From: an uncultured Actinomycetes bacterium | GTDB lineage: Bacteria; Actinomycetota; Acidimicrobiia; IMCC26256; DASPTH01 | DNA length: 64,000 nucleotides | Direction: 5' to 3' | NCBI GenBank assembly: GCA_963835985.1 | Contig: CAWIHV010000003.1 | Coordinates: 100,006 to 164,005, forward strand | Shown: positions 8,551 through 18,315 of the stretch, piece by piece | How positions within the stretch are numbered: position 1 is the first letter of the stretch | Layout of the letters: every line of letters starts with the position of its first letter | Made by a program: the position numbers and the translations under genes | The notes under the pieces: model-generated | Seen by the model: the letters and a program-made list of their open reading frames with translations, nothing else | Told to the model about the DNA's origin: nothing | Database searches by the model: none

Positions 8551-10224
8551 TCACGCGGTGGCGAAGACCAGCTCCTCGCGATGCGCCGTGCGCAGCGCCC
8601 AGCAGATGGTGATGACCACCGCGGCGGCCGTGATGACAAGGGAAGCCGCGGGCTTGATCACGACGAAGAGCGACGTCGGCAGGCTCAGCAACATGCCCAG
8701 GGTCGCCCCTGCGTTGACGAACTGGACCATGGCCCACAGCACGGTCAGCCCGACGAACAACCGCACGACCGACGGACGCGAGGCGACCTCGGGCGAGATC
8801 GGGCAGAAGTCGTGCGCGATGCGGGCGATGATCGGACGCCCGAACAGCACCGACCCGAAGAACAGGCCTCCGACGGCGATGGTCGTCGCAACTGGCTGCA
8901 CGAAGTACGCGAACGTGCTGCCGCTCAGTACGCCGACCAGCGTCTTGACCGTCAGTCCCAACGTCGCGAGCAGCAGGATCGCGGGTACGTCCTTGCCGCA
9001 CAGAACGCGCCGCACGATGTTGGCGAAGCCCCATGCCAGCACCGCGATCATCGCGGTGGTGGCTCCGCGGGCACCGGTCACGATCAGGAAGATGGCCGAC
9101 GGCACCAGTGACGCCTCGATGATGCCTGGCATGCCGCGCCGCGCCACTGCCGCCAGCACGGTGCGACGCGCCAGTGCCGGCTTCCGCGGCCGAGCCTCAT
9201 CGTCGGATCCCGAGCTCAGCGACCAACTGGGCGCGACGGCGTGCCGGCTTCTCATCAGGTCGCCGCGCTCGATGCGTCGCGCGTCGAGTTGCTCGCGAGT
9301 GGGCCAACGCACTGCCGTCACCCAGCCGAGTCGCTCGAACCAGCGGATCAACCGCGCCGAGGTGTCGAGCTGCCACCGGTCGACACCGTGACGAGCGAGG
9401 GCGGGGAACGCGTGATGGGCGTTGTGCCACGCCTCGCCACCGGTGAGCAGCGCGAGCGGTGCGAAGTTGGTGCTCCGATCGCGTGTGCGGAAGGGGCGGG
9501 TGCCGAACCGGTGACAGACCGAGTTGATCGCCCAGGTCAGGTGGTGACCGAGCCCGATGCGGAGCACGCCCGCCCACAGGAGGGCCGCCAACGCGCCGCC
9601 CAGCGTCCCCGTGAGCGCGTAACCGATGCCGAACGGCAGCGCGAAGGTCGCGATCGTGAGCGGCACGAAGAGCCGGTCGATGACCACCAGGTCATGATCG
9701 TTCAGCAGATCGGCGGCGAATTCGTCACGCGGCGTCGAGGGGTTGGCGAGCACCCACGTCGCGTGCGCGTGCACGAACCCTCGCCACCCGCCGGTCGCTT
9801 CGCCGTCACGCGAGATCGGGGAGTGCGGATCGCCCGGGCGATCGGTGTAGCGATGGTGTCGGCGGTGATCCGCAACCCAACCGATGAGCGATCCCTGCAG
9901 CGACATCGACCCGAGGACGGCCAGCACGATCTTGAGTGGCCGACGTGCCTCGAAGCTCCGGTGGGTGAACAGCCGGTGGTACCCGATCGTCACGCCGTGC
10001 GCGATCACGAAGTAGAACGCGGCGAGGAGCGCGATGTTCAGCCACGGCACGGGTGCCCCGATCGCATCGATGGTGACCCAGACGGCCGCGAGCACCGGTC
10101 CGACCATGAAGAGCAGCGAGAGGGCCTGGCGGTGGCGCGGCGCCGGCCTGCACCGCCAGCGATCGCGATCGGACGGGGGGGCGGTGGCGCCCGACGAGGG
10201 GGGTGGAGCAAGGAGCGTCTGCAT
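8551..10224 (-). CDS. Membrane acyl-CoA (stearoyl-CoA-type) desaturase fused in frame to a C-terminal polytopic membrane domain
   Basis: The three His boxes HRLFTH, HRRHH and HNAHH are present with flanking TM segments. About 215 further residues with 5-6 hydrophobic helices follow without a stop (GIIEASLVPSAIFLIV..., possibly VC0807/DUF3159-like). The start is taken at MQTLLAPPP (ATG 10224). Confidence 0.8.
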   Translation of the reverse strand: MQTLLAPPPSSGATAPPSDRDRWRCRPAPRHRQALSLLFMVGPVLAAVWVTIDAIGAPVPWLNIALLAAFYFVIAHGVTIGYHRLFTHRSFEARRPLKIVLAVLGSMSLQGSLIGWVADHRRHHRYTDRPGDPHSPISRDGEATGGWRGFVHAHATWVLANPSTPRDEFAADLLNDHDLVVIDRLFVPLTIATFALPFGIGYALTGTLGGALAALLWAGVLRIGLGHHLTWAINSVCHRFGTRPFRTRDRSTNFAPLALLTGGEAWHNAHHAFPALARHGVDRWQLDTSARLIRWFERLGWVTAVRWPTREQLDARRIERGDLMRSRHAVAPSWSLSSGSDDEARPRKPALARRTVLAAVARRGMPGIIEASLVPSAIFLIVTGARGATTAMIAVLAWGFANIVRRVLCGKDVPAILLLATLGLTVKTLVGVLSGSTFAYFVQPVATTIAVGGLFFGSVLFGRPIIARIAHDFCPISPEVASRPSVVRLFVGLTVLWAMVQFVNAGATLGMLLSLPTSLFVVIKPAASLVITAAAVVITICWALRTAHREELVFATA

Positions 10225-10232
10225 GTCGTCCT

Positions 10233-10258
10233 CTGGCAGGGAGAGTCCGCACTGCCAG
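10233..10258 (-). promoter_or_regulatory. Leader hairpin abutting the desaturase ribosome-binding site
   Basis: CTGGCAG-12 nt-CTGCCAG. On the mRNA strand the 3' arm runs straight into AGAGGACGAC-ATG. Confidence 0.35.
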
Positions 10259-10273
10259 GGACCGGAACAGCGC

Positions 10274-10293
10274 CGCAACCCACAACGGTTGCG
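10274..10293 (-). terminator. Hairpin (7-bp stem, 6-nt loop) between GAF-ANTAR gene 1 and the desaturase gene
   Basis: CGCAACC-CACAAC-GGTTGCG. There is no U-tract. It lies 15 nt downstream of the TAG at 10308. Confidence 0.35.
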
Positions 10294-10307
10294 TGGTGCC
10301 TCGGACC

Positions 10308-11060
10308 CTATCCCCCGGAGCGACCGCCTCGACAGCATCGCCCTCGGCGACCAGCTCGTCGGTCAGCGACCCGTCCACCACGCCGCGGGCGACGTCGGCC
10401 AGGAGCCGGTTGGTGTTGCGGGCAAGCCGCCGGATCCGCACGAACGCCTCGTCGACGTCGACGCCGGTGCGCTCGGCGACGACGCCCTTCGCCTGCTCGA
10501 TCACGACGCGGGACTGGAGTGCACCCTCGAGCTGCCGGGTCACGAGATCGCGGTCGGCGATCAGGCGGGCTTGCACGATGCCGATGGTGGCGATGTCGGC
10601 CATCGCCTGCACGATGCCGAGGTCGGTGTCGTCGAGTGCGCCCTCGGTGGCGGAGAAGAGGTTCAGCGCTGCCGACCGACTCCTGGCGCAGGCGCAGCGG
10701 CACTGCGGACACCGCGACGAAGCCACCCTCGCGGGCATGCGGCGCGAAGTGCGGCCAGCGGGCGGCGGCGTCATCGGGCGTCTCGGAGCGCACGGCGGAC
10801 CCGCTCCGGAACGCGTCGAAGCATGGTCCTTCCTCGAGCTGGAGCTCGAGCAGCTCGACCAGGCGCATCTGCTCGCTCGAGCACGCGGCGTGGTGCAACC
10901 GGCCCTCGGCGTCGGCCAGCATGATGCCTGCCGCCGAGACCCCGACCAGCTCGACGCTGCGCTCCGCCAGCGTCTGCATGAACTCGATGACGTCGTAGTC
11001 GGCTACGAGCGTGTCGGCCAGCGATACGAGCGTCTCGACCAGGCGTTGTTGGTAGGCCAT
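10308..11060 (-). pseudogene. GAF-ANTAR RNA-binding regulator, copy 1; frame break near 10690 and probably a second near 10330
   Basis: MAYQQRLVETLVSLADTLVADYDVIEFMQTLAERSVELV..EGPCFDAF is the GAF part. It continues in the frame of ORF 9806..10774 as VIEQAKGVVAERTGVDVDEAFVRIRRLARNTNRLLADVARGVV (ANTAR). GGGGAGA lies before the ATG at 11060. The 3' end is uncertain. Confidence 0.7.
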
Positions 11061-11121
11061 GACGTCTCCCCTGGAAGGTCTGACCACAGTCTACGAACGC
11101 ACGCCGGGCGCGGAATCGCCG

Positions 11122-11858
11122 TCAATCGAAGCGGAGCACGCCGTTGACGACGTCGGTCGCGACGTCGCTGATCCGACGATTGCTCGAGAACGCGTAGGCC
11201 CGCAGCAACGCCGACCGCGTCGTCGACGGTCACCGCCGCCTGCACCGAGACCATCCCGGTCGCCTGGTGCACAGCAGCACGGTTGGCCGGCAGGTGCTCG
11301 AGCTGCCGCGCCAGGGAGCCGTTGCCGGCCACCGACTGCCAGTCGAGGACGGTGCGACCGGCGACGTGCGCCACCGCCAGGGCGTCGGCGACCTGTTCGT
11401 CGCTCAGCGCGCCCGAGCGGAGCTGGTAGAGGTTCAGCGCCCCGATGCAGACCTGGCCGACGAGCATCGGGAAGCCGAATGCGGCCTGCACTCCGGCCGC
11501 CAGAGCACCCGCTCGAAACCCCGGCCAGCGCTCGGCGTCTTCTGCCGCGAGGTCGGGGACGAGCACCGGTGCCCGCGTGCGCGAAGGCTTCGACACAGGG
11601 GCCTTCACCCAGCGTGTACTGCACCTCCTCGACCACGTCGGTGATCGGATCCGACGAGCAGACGGTGCCGAGCGCACGCCCGTGGAGGATCAACACGACC
11701 CCGGCGCCGTCGACACCCGCCACCGCGGCCGAAGAGACGCAGAGCGAGCGCTCAGCATCCGGGCCGGTGGCGGTGAGCGCGTCCGTCACCCGGGCAACGC
11801 GCTGCCGGGTCCAACGCGTGCGCAGGCATCGCCGCTCCGTCTCGAGGGTCACGTCCAC
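11122..11858 (-). pseudogene. GAF-ANTAR RNA-binding regulator, copy 2; frame breaks near 11590 and 11205
   Basis: The protein is recovered across three frames. First ..VVEEVQYTLGEGPCVEAF, then PVLVPDLAAEDAERWPGF..ALNLYQLRSGALSDEQ..AAVHQATGMVSVQ, then ALLRAYAFSSNRRISDVATDVVNGVLRFD with TGA at 11122. The start is uncertain (GTG near 11858). Confidence 0.7.
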
Positions 11859-11955
11859 AGGGGTGCAGGCGGGACGGGGTCTCGATGACGTCCACACGCA
11901 AAGTGATGTCTTCGAACCTAGTCGGCGTTGCCCACGTCGACCAGAGTGATCTCAC

Positions 11956-12333
11956 TCACGTCGACGCGGTCGACTGACCGGCGGACGTTGCGAGATCGAA
12001 GTACTCGCGCCATGCGACGATGCGCCCGTTCTCGATCTCGAACACGCCACAGATCGGCAGCTCAACCGGTGTGTCGCCGATGGTGTAGAAGTCGGTGCGC
12101 TCCTGCATCACGAAGTTCCCGTCGACCACCTGTCGGTGCACTTCGATGCGGAAGTCCGTCGCCACCGCGAAGAACGCGGTCTGGAGCTCACGGATCGCGT
12201 CGACACCGACGGTGAGATCCATCGGCATGTTCTGGGCGCGCACGTCGTCGGTGAAGTACGTGAGCATGCCCTCGACGTCACCCGCGGCCCAGGTCGAGAT
12301 GAAGCGGTCGACGATCTGCTCGGTCTCGGTCAT
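11956..12333 (-). CDS. SnoaL-like / limonene-1,2-epoxide-hydrolase-family (NTF2 fold) protein
   Basis: MTETEQIVDRFISTWAAGDVEGMLTYFTDDV...FEIENGRIVAWREYFD is a typical LEH/SnoaL pattern. Confidence 0.75.
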   Translation of the reverse strand: MTETEQIVDRFISTWAAGDVEGMLTYFTDDVRAQNMPMDLTVGVDAIRELQTAFFAVATDFRIEVHRQVVDGNFVMQERTDFYTIGDTPVELPICGVFEIENGRIVAWREYFDLATSAGQSTAST

Positions 12334-12430
12334 GCCCGTCCTCGGCTTCACGCGTCCGTCCGGTTTGCGCAGATCCCATCGCATCGTACGAGACGAGACG
12401 GCACGGCGGATTTGGCGTTATCGTCGGCCC

Positions 12431-12865
12431 GTGCCCGCCGGAGCCACCGAGTCGCTCGACGACCTCACGCGGCTTGCTCATCGGATCATGGAGCTCGCCA
12501 ACGTCGCGGACGACGACGAGCTCGTGGCGGGGATCCGCGAGATCTTCGCGCCGGACTACGTCCTGCACTCACGGACGGGCGGCACGGTGGTCGGGATCGA
12601 CGCTTACATCGAGCGCATCGTCGGCGGCCGTCGCGGGATGCCGGGCATGACCTTCGCCGTCGACGACGTCGTGGCCCAGGGCGACCGCTTCGCGCTGCGG
12701 TACCACTGGACCGCGCCTCATGGCGACGGGCAGGTTGGAAGCGAGGCGCTGGAGATCAACCGGGTGGCGGATGGCATGGTGGCCGAGACCTGGAACTACC
12801 AGGACATGTTCTCGCTCTTCGTGCAGCTCGGAGTGATCGCCGATCCCTTCGCGCCGCAGGGCTGA
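12431..12865 (+). CDS. SnoaL-like (ester-cyclase-type) NTF2-fold protein
   Basis: It forms the second half of ORF 12095..12865, with a GTG at 12431. Motifs: FAPDYVLH, MTFAVDDVVAQGDRFALRYHW and INRVADGMVAETWNYQD. Confidence 0.7.
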   Translation: MPAGATESLDDLTRLAHRIMELANVADDDELVAGIREIFAPDYVLHSRTGGTVVGIDAYIERIVGGRRGMPGMTFAVDDVVAQGDRFALRYHWTAPHGDGQVGSEALEINRVADGMVAETWNYQDMFSLFVQLGVIADPFAPQG

Positions 12866-12867
12866 TC

Positions 12868-15597
12868 GTGGCGGAGTTGCCGTCGGGGACGGTCACGATC
12901 CTGTTCACGGACCTCGTGAGCTCGACGCGACTGTGGGAGCAGTTCCCCGATGCGATGCGCCCGGCGCTGGCGCGTCACGACGAGTTGCTGCGCGCTGCGA
13001 TCGAGGACGCGGGCGGGTTCGTGGTCAAGACGACCGGAGACGGGTTCCACGCGGTGTTCCCCACCGCGCGCGCCGCGGTCGACGCCGCGGTCGCGCTCCA
13101 ACTCGCGCTCGCCGCCGAAGCCTTCGCGGAGACCGGTCCGTTGCAGGTGCGCGTCGGCGTGCACACGTGCGAGGCCGAGTACCGCGACGGTGACTACTAC
13201 GGCAGCGAGGTCAACCGGGCGGCGCGGCTCATGAGCGTGGCCCACGGCGGCCAGATCGTGCTGTCCTTGGCGACGAGCGCGCTGGTGCGCGACGGATCGG
13301 TGGAGCTCGCCGATCTCGGTGAGCACCACCTGCGCGACCTCACCACCGCGGAGCGCGTCTTCGAGGTGCGCGGACCGGGGTTGGCGACGGGCCACCCGCC
13401 GCTGAGGTCGCTCGACGCGCTGCCGGGCAACCTGCCGCGGCAGATGACGACGTTCGTCGGTCGCGATGCCGAGATCGCGTCGATCGCAGCGTTGCTGCGC
13501 GAGACGTCGTTCGTGACCCTGACCGGCGTGGGCGGCGTCGGCAAGACCCGCCTCTCGCTCCAGGTCGCCGCCGAGGTGGTGCCGAACTTCCCCGACGGCG
13601 CGTGGTTGTGCGAGTTCGCCCCGCTCTCCGATCCGGGCGCCGTGTGGGAGACGATGGCGACGAGCCTGGGACTGCAGCCGTTCCCGGGGCGCAACCTCGA
13701 GGAGACGGTGCTCGAATACCTCTCGTCGAAGCGGCTGCTCATCGTGATCGACAACTGCGAACATCTTCTCGACGCGCTCGCGAGCGTGGTCGAAGCGATC
13801 GCGTGGCGGGCACCGCGGGTCTCGGTGCTCGCCACCAGTCGCGAGGGGTTCGGCGTTCCCGGCGAGCGCATGGTGGCGGTGCCGTCGCTGGGCGTACCCG
13901 CCGACGACCTCGACCTCGACGAGCTCGTGCAGGCCGACTCGGTACGGCTGTTCACGGAGCGGGCCTCGGCCACGGGCGGCTTCGTGCTCACACCACAGAA
14001 CGCGAGCTCGGTAGGCGTCGTGTGTCGCCGGCTCGACGGCATCCCGCTCGCGATCGAGCTCGCCGCGGCGCGGGCGCGGTCGATGTCGCCCGACGACCTC
14101 GTCGACCGGCTCGACCAGCGCTTCAAGCTCCTCACTCGCGGCAGCCGCGGGGCGCGCGAGCGGCAGCAGACCCTGCGCAGCACCATCGATTGGTCGTACG
14201 ACCTCCTCGAACCGACCGAACGGCTCGCGCTCGACCGACTCTCGGTGTTCGCCGGCAGCTGCGACCTCGCCGCCGCCGAAGCCGTGCTGGCCGACGACGA
14301 TCTCGACGAGTTCGACGTCGTCGACCTCCTCGGCCAGCTGGTCGACAAGTCACTCGTCGTCGCGGAGCACCGCGACGGGCGCGTGCGGTACCGGATGCTG
14401 GAGACGATCCGTCAGTACGCCGACGAGAAGCTCCAGGAGCGCGGCGACACCGAGGTGATCCGGCGCCGCCACGCCGATCATTACGTCGCGCGCGTCGAGG
14501 CCGCGGGTCCGCACCTCACCGGTCGTGAGGAAGCGGTGACGAACGCGGAGATCGTGCGCGAGGTCGACAATCTCCGGGCCACGCTCGACTGGGCGATCGA
14601 AACCGGCTCGGCCGATCACGCGCTCCGGCTCGTCGCGCCGCTGACCATCGACACCTCGATCGGCGACCACGCGCTCGAGTGGGCCACCGTTGCGGTCACC
14701 ATCCCGAACGCCGACGCGCACCCCCTCTACCCCCGGGTCGCAGCGTGGGCGTCATGGGGCGCGGCGCGGGCTTTCGACCTCGAGCGTGCCGAACAGCTGG
14801 CCGAAGACGGTGAGCGAGCGGCGGCACGACTCGGAGCGTGCTCGCAGGAGCTGGCGAGAGCGCGGTGTCTGATCGTGTTGGCACGGCAGGACGCCCAACA
14901 GCTCCTCATCACGAGCGAAGCCTGGGTCGAGCGCGGCCGTGAGCTCGGGGATCCCGAGCCGACGGCGCGGGCGCTGGTGCTCCTCGCCTCCGCACACCGG
15001 ACCGCCGGGGATCGTGCGGCCGCCGCGGCGGCCTCGGACGAAGCGATCCGCTTGAGTCGGGAACACGGGTACTTCTCGAACCTCGCGTACGTGCTCATCG
15101 AACGGACTACCAGGCTCTCTCCCGAGGGATACGCCGCGAGCCGCGCCGACCTCGAGGAGGCGCTGACACTCGCCAGGCCCGTCGGCGGATTCGTACTGGT
15201 GAATGCGCTTGCGGCTCGGGCACGGCTCGCGATCGTCAGAGCCGACTGGCCCGAAGGACTCGAAGCGAGCATGGCAACGATCGACGCGGTGCGCGAATAC
15301 CGAACACCGCACTCAGCGACACCGCTCATGACTGCCGCGTGTGCGCTCAGCCACCTCCACGCTCCCGAACCGGCCGCCGTGCTGCTCGGAGCCGCCCGGA
15401 ACGCGACCCCCGATCTCGACGGTCATTCGTTGGACGGCGACCTGGGGTCTGCGACCGAAGGGGAGATCGCTGGTGCCCTGGGCGAGGCGCAGTTCGCCGT
15501 GCTCGTCGCCCGAGGCGAAACGCTGGCGTTCGACGAGGCCGCCGCCTACCTCCGCGCTGAAGCCGCGCGCGTGCTCGGCGACGAGACCCGACCATGA
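12868..15597 (+). CDS. Class III nucleotidyl cyclase domain - STAND/NB-ARC-like P-loop ATPase - TPR-like repeats (no HTH seen)
   Basis: GTG at 12868 lies 2 nt after the preceding stop. Cyclase motifs: LFTDLVSST, KTTGDGFHAVF and YYGSEVNRAARL. Walker A LTGVGGVGKTRL, Walker B LLIVIDNCEH, and a GxP-type LDGIPLAIELAAAR. The C-terminal 400 aa are helical repeats. The ORF is intact over 2.7 kb. Confidence 0.9.
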   Translation: MAELPSGTVTILFTDLVSSTRLWEQFPDAMRPALARHDELLRAAIEDAGGFVVKTTGDGFHAVFPTARAAVDAAVALQLALAAEAFAETGPLQVRVGVHTCEAEYRDGDYYGSEVNRAARLMSVAHGGQIVLSLATSALVRDGSVELADLGEHHLRDLTTAERVFEVRGPGLATGHPPLRSLDALPGNLPRQMTTFVGRDAEIASIAALLRETSFVTLTGVGGVGKTRLSLQVAAEVVPNFPDGAWLCEFAPLSDPGAVWETMATSLGLQPFPGRNLEETVLEYLSSKRLLIVIDNCEHLLDALASVVEAIAWRAPRVSVLATSREGFGVPGERMVAVPSLGVPADDLDLDELVQADSVRLFTERASATGGFVLTPQNASSVGVVCRRLDGIPLAIELAAARARSMSPDDLVDRLDQRFKLLTRGSRGARERQQTLRSTIDWSYDLLEPTERLALDRLSVFAGSCDLAAAEAVLADDDLDEFDVVDLLGQLVDKSLVVAEHRDGRVRYRMLETIRQYADEKLQERGDTEVIRRRHADHYVARVEAAGPHLTGREEAVTNAEIVREVDNLRATLDWAIETGSADHALRLVAPLTIDTSIGDHALEWATVAVTIPNADAHPLYPRVAAWASWGAARAFDLERAEQLAEDGERAAARLGACSQELARARCLIVLARQDAQQLLITSEAWVERGRELGDPEPTARALVLLASAHRTAGDRAAAAAASDEAIRLSREHGYFSNLAYVLIERTTRLSPEGYAASRADLEEALTLARPVGGFVLVNALAARARLAIVRADWPEGLEASMATIDAVREYRTPHSATPLMTAACALSHLHAPEPAAVLLGAARNATPDLDGHSLDGDLGSATEGEIAGALGEAQFAVLVARGETLAFDEAAAYLRAEAARVLGDETRP

Positions 15598-18304
15598 GCG
15601 AGTTGCCGTCGGGGACGGTCACGTTCCTCTTCACCGACATCGAGGGCTCCACCCGCCTGTGGGAGGAGCATCCCGACGCCATGCGTGACGCGCTGGCCCG
15701 TCACGACGAGATCGTCCGCGCTGCAGTCACCGAGCACCACGGCCATGTCGTCAAGACCACGGGCGACGGCTTCCACTGCGCGTTCGCAACCGCGCACGAC
15801 TGCCTGCGCGCCTCCGCGCTCGCGCAATCGACACTCGAGACGACCTCGTGGCCCGACGGCGTGCGCGTTCGCGTGCGGATGGGCGTGCACACGGGTGAAG
15901 CGCAGGAGCGGGACGGCGACTACTACGGACCCGCGTCCAACCGGGCGGCGCGGTTGATGGGTCTGGCGCACGGAGGCCAGATCGTCGTGTCGGGGGCGAG
16001 TCACGGCATCCTCGCCGACTCGCTGGACGACGAGTGCGAGCTCGTCGCGTTGGGTGAGCATCGAGTGCGCGGCGTACCCCAGCCGATCGCGGTGTACCAG
16101 CTCGCTGGTCCCGGGCTCGCCCATCACTTCCCGCCGCTCGTCACCGCGGCCGCGTTCGTCGGGAACCTCCCCGTCGCGGTGAGCTCGTTCGTCGGGCGAG
16201 ACGACGAAGTGGCCGACGTCGTCGATCTGCTCGGCTCCTCCCGCATGGTCACGCTCACCGGCGTCGGGGGTGTCGGCAAGACCCGCATGGCACTCGAGGT
16301 CGCAGCACAGGCCGCACCGTCGTTCCGGGACGGCGCATGGGTCGTGGAGCTCGCGCGAGTGCGCGATCCCGATGCAGTGGCGACGGTGATCTCGGCGACA
16401 CTGCGCGCCCCCAACCGTCCCGACCTCGATCCGATCGACGCGCTCACGGAGTTCCTCGCCACGAAGCAGATCCTCGTGGTGCTGGACAACTGCGAGCACC
16501 TGCTCGACGGGGTCGCGCGCGGTCGTGCGCGCTGCTGCTGCCCCAGGGTGAGCGTCTCCGCATCCTGGCGACGAGCCGTGAGGGCCTGGCGATCCGCGGC
16601 GAACGGATCGTCGCAGTGCCGTCGCTCGAACCAGGGGCAGCGAGTGAACTGTTCGTGGAACGCGCCCGCGACGCCAAAGGCGACTTCGACCCTACGCCGT
16701 CCGACCAAGATGCGATCGCCGAGCTGCTGCGCGCGACTCGACGGCATCCCGCTCGCGATCGAGCTCGCGGCGGCGCGGATCACCGCGTTGTCACCCACGC
16801 AGATCGCGGCTCGACTCGACCAACGGTTCCGCCTGCTCGCCGGCGGTGAACGGGGCGCGGTCGAGCGTCACGCGACCCTGCGGGCCGCGATCGACTGGTC
16901 CTACGACATGCTCTCGACCGCGGAGCAGACGGCGCTCGGACGCCTCTCGGTCTTCGCGGGTACGTGCACCCTCGACGCCGCCGAGGCCGTGTGCAGCGGC
17001 GGCGATGTCGACGCCGACGACGTGCTCGATCTCGTGTCGAGCCTGGTCGCGAAGTCGCTCGTCGTGTCGTACACCGACGGCCCCGAGCCGCGCTACGGAC
17101 TGCTCGAGACGATCCGCCAGTACGCCGAGCAGCGCATGGACCCTGCCGACGTCATCGACACGCGCGATCGCCACGCCGCGTACTTCTCCGCATTCCTGGA
17201 GCGCGCCGCGCTCGCCCTCCAGAGCTCCGAACAACTGGAATGGATCCGCCGCGTCGAGCGCGAGACGGAGAACGTGCGAGTCGCTTTCGCTTGGACGCTC
17301 CAGCGTGAGCGATCGGACGATGTCGTCACCATTGTGTGTGCAGCGTCGTCGAACCCACTGAGCATCCTCTCGGCCGTCGGGACGGTCTTCGACAAAGCCG
17401 AGGAGGCGTTGACGGTGGTGCGCTCGTCCAACTCCGATCGGCTGTCACTCATGGCTGCGGTGGCCGGTTGGGCGGCGTGCAACTGCGGCGACTTCGATCG
17501 TGCCGAAGGCCACCTCGCCGAGGCCGAGCAGCTTTGCAGCGATCCCGACGACGTCGCGACGCTCCACGTCGTGCAGACCCGCATGCTCATGGCGACTGTT
17601 GCCCGCGACATCGAGGCCGCGAGTGCAGCAGAACAGCAAATGGTCGACTGGGCCCGTCGGAACTCCGCTCCCTACGACCTGAGTGCTCACCTCACGGGAC
17701 TCTCGGCGCAACAAGCGACCCTTGGTCAGCGCGAACAGGCCGTCACCAGCGCGCGGGAAGCGCTCGACGTCGCGCGCGCAACGACAACGTCATCGCGCTT
17801 CCAGGCGCGCTCGCCGCGCTCGCGCTCGCAGTGCTCGACGACGATCCGGAGGCCGCGCGGCAGCATCTCGTCGAGGCCGAGGCGCTGTGGGAGCAGTATC
17901 CCGACCTGCCGCCGAGCGACATCGGCCACATGCTCGGGGCCCTCGTCGCCGCCAACCTCGCCGACGAGCTCCTCACGCTGCACCTCTGTGATCGTGCGTT
18001 CCGTCATTCGATTGCCGTCCGCTTGACCCAGGCGGTGTTGACCGAGGCTCTGGCGGGTGCGATCGCGGCTCGGTTGCCCGAAGCGAGTTGCACGCTGTAC
18101 GGCGTCGTCGACGTGCTGAACCCGCAACTGGCCAAGTTCGGCGCCATGGCGGTCACCCGAGCGCGTGCCACCGAGATCATCGACGCGCGGCTCGACGCGG
18201 CTCAGGTGGCCGCGCTCCGCGCTCGGGGCGCGGCCATGACGCCGCTCCAGGCCGTCGACTACGCCCGCGCCTGCATCGACGAAGGCCTCGCTGCGTTCGA
18301 CTGA
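15594..18304 (+). pseudogene. Paralog of the cyclase-STAND-TPR protein; three frame breaks (about 16559, 16733, 17775)
   Basis: The ATG overlaps the upstream stop (ATGA). Motifs: LFTDIEGST, KTTGDGFHCAF, YYGPASNRAARL, LTGVGGVGKTRM, ILVVLDNCEH and LDGIPLAIELAAAR. The stretch ILATSREGLAIRGERIVAVPSL is recovered in the frame of ORF 16337. The C-terminus is recovered in ORF 17336..18304. Confidence 0.85.
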
Positions 18305-18315
18305 CGCCGCATCTC

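Noticed and set aside
10233-10293. A canonical ANTAR target RNA.
   Set aside because: The published motif is two adjacent stem-loops with hexaloops carrying A at position 1 and G at position 4. Here only one loop is a hexaloop, and it starts with G. I kept it only as a speculative finding.
12868-18304. Calling the cyclase-STAND tandem a defence system.
   Set aside because: No nuclease, TIR, Sir2 or other defence effector is nearby, and no mobile-element context is evident. The same core architecture exists in housekeeping mycobacterial regulators. I retained it only as a hypothesis in the findings.
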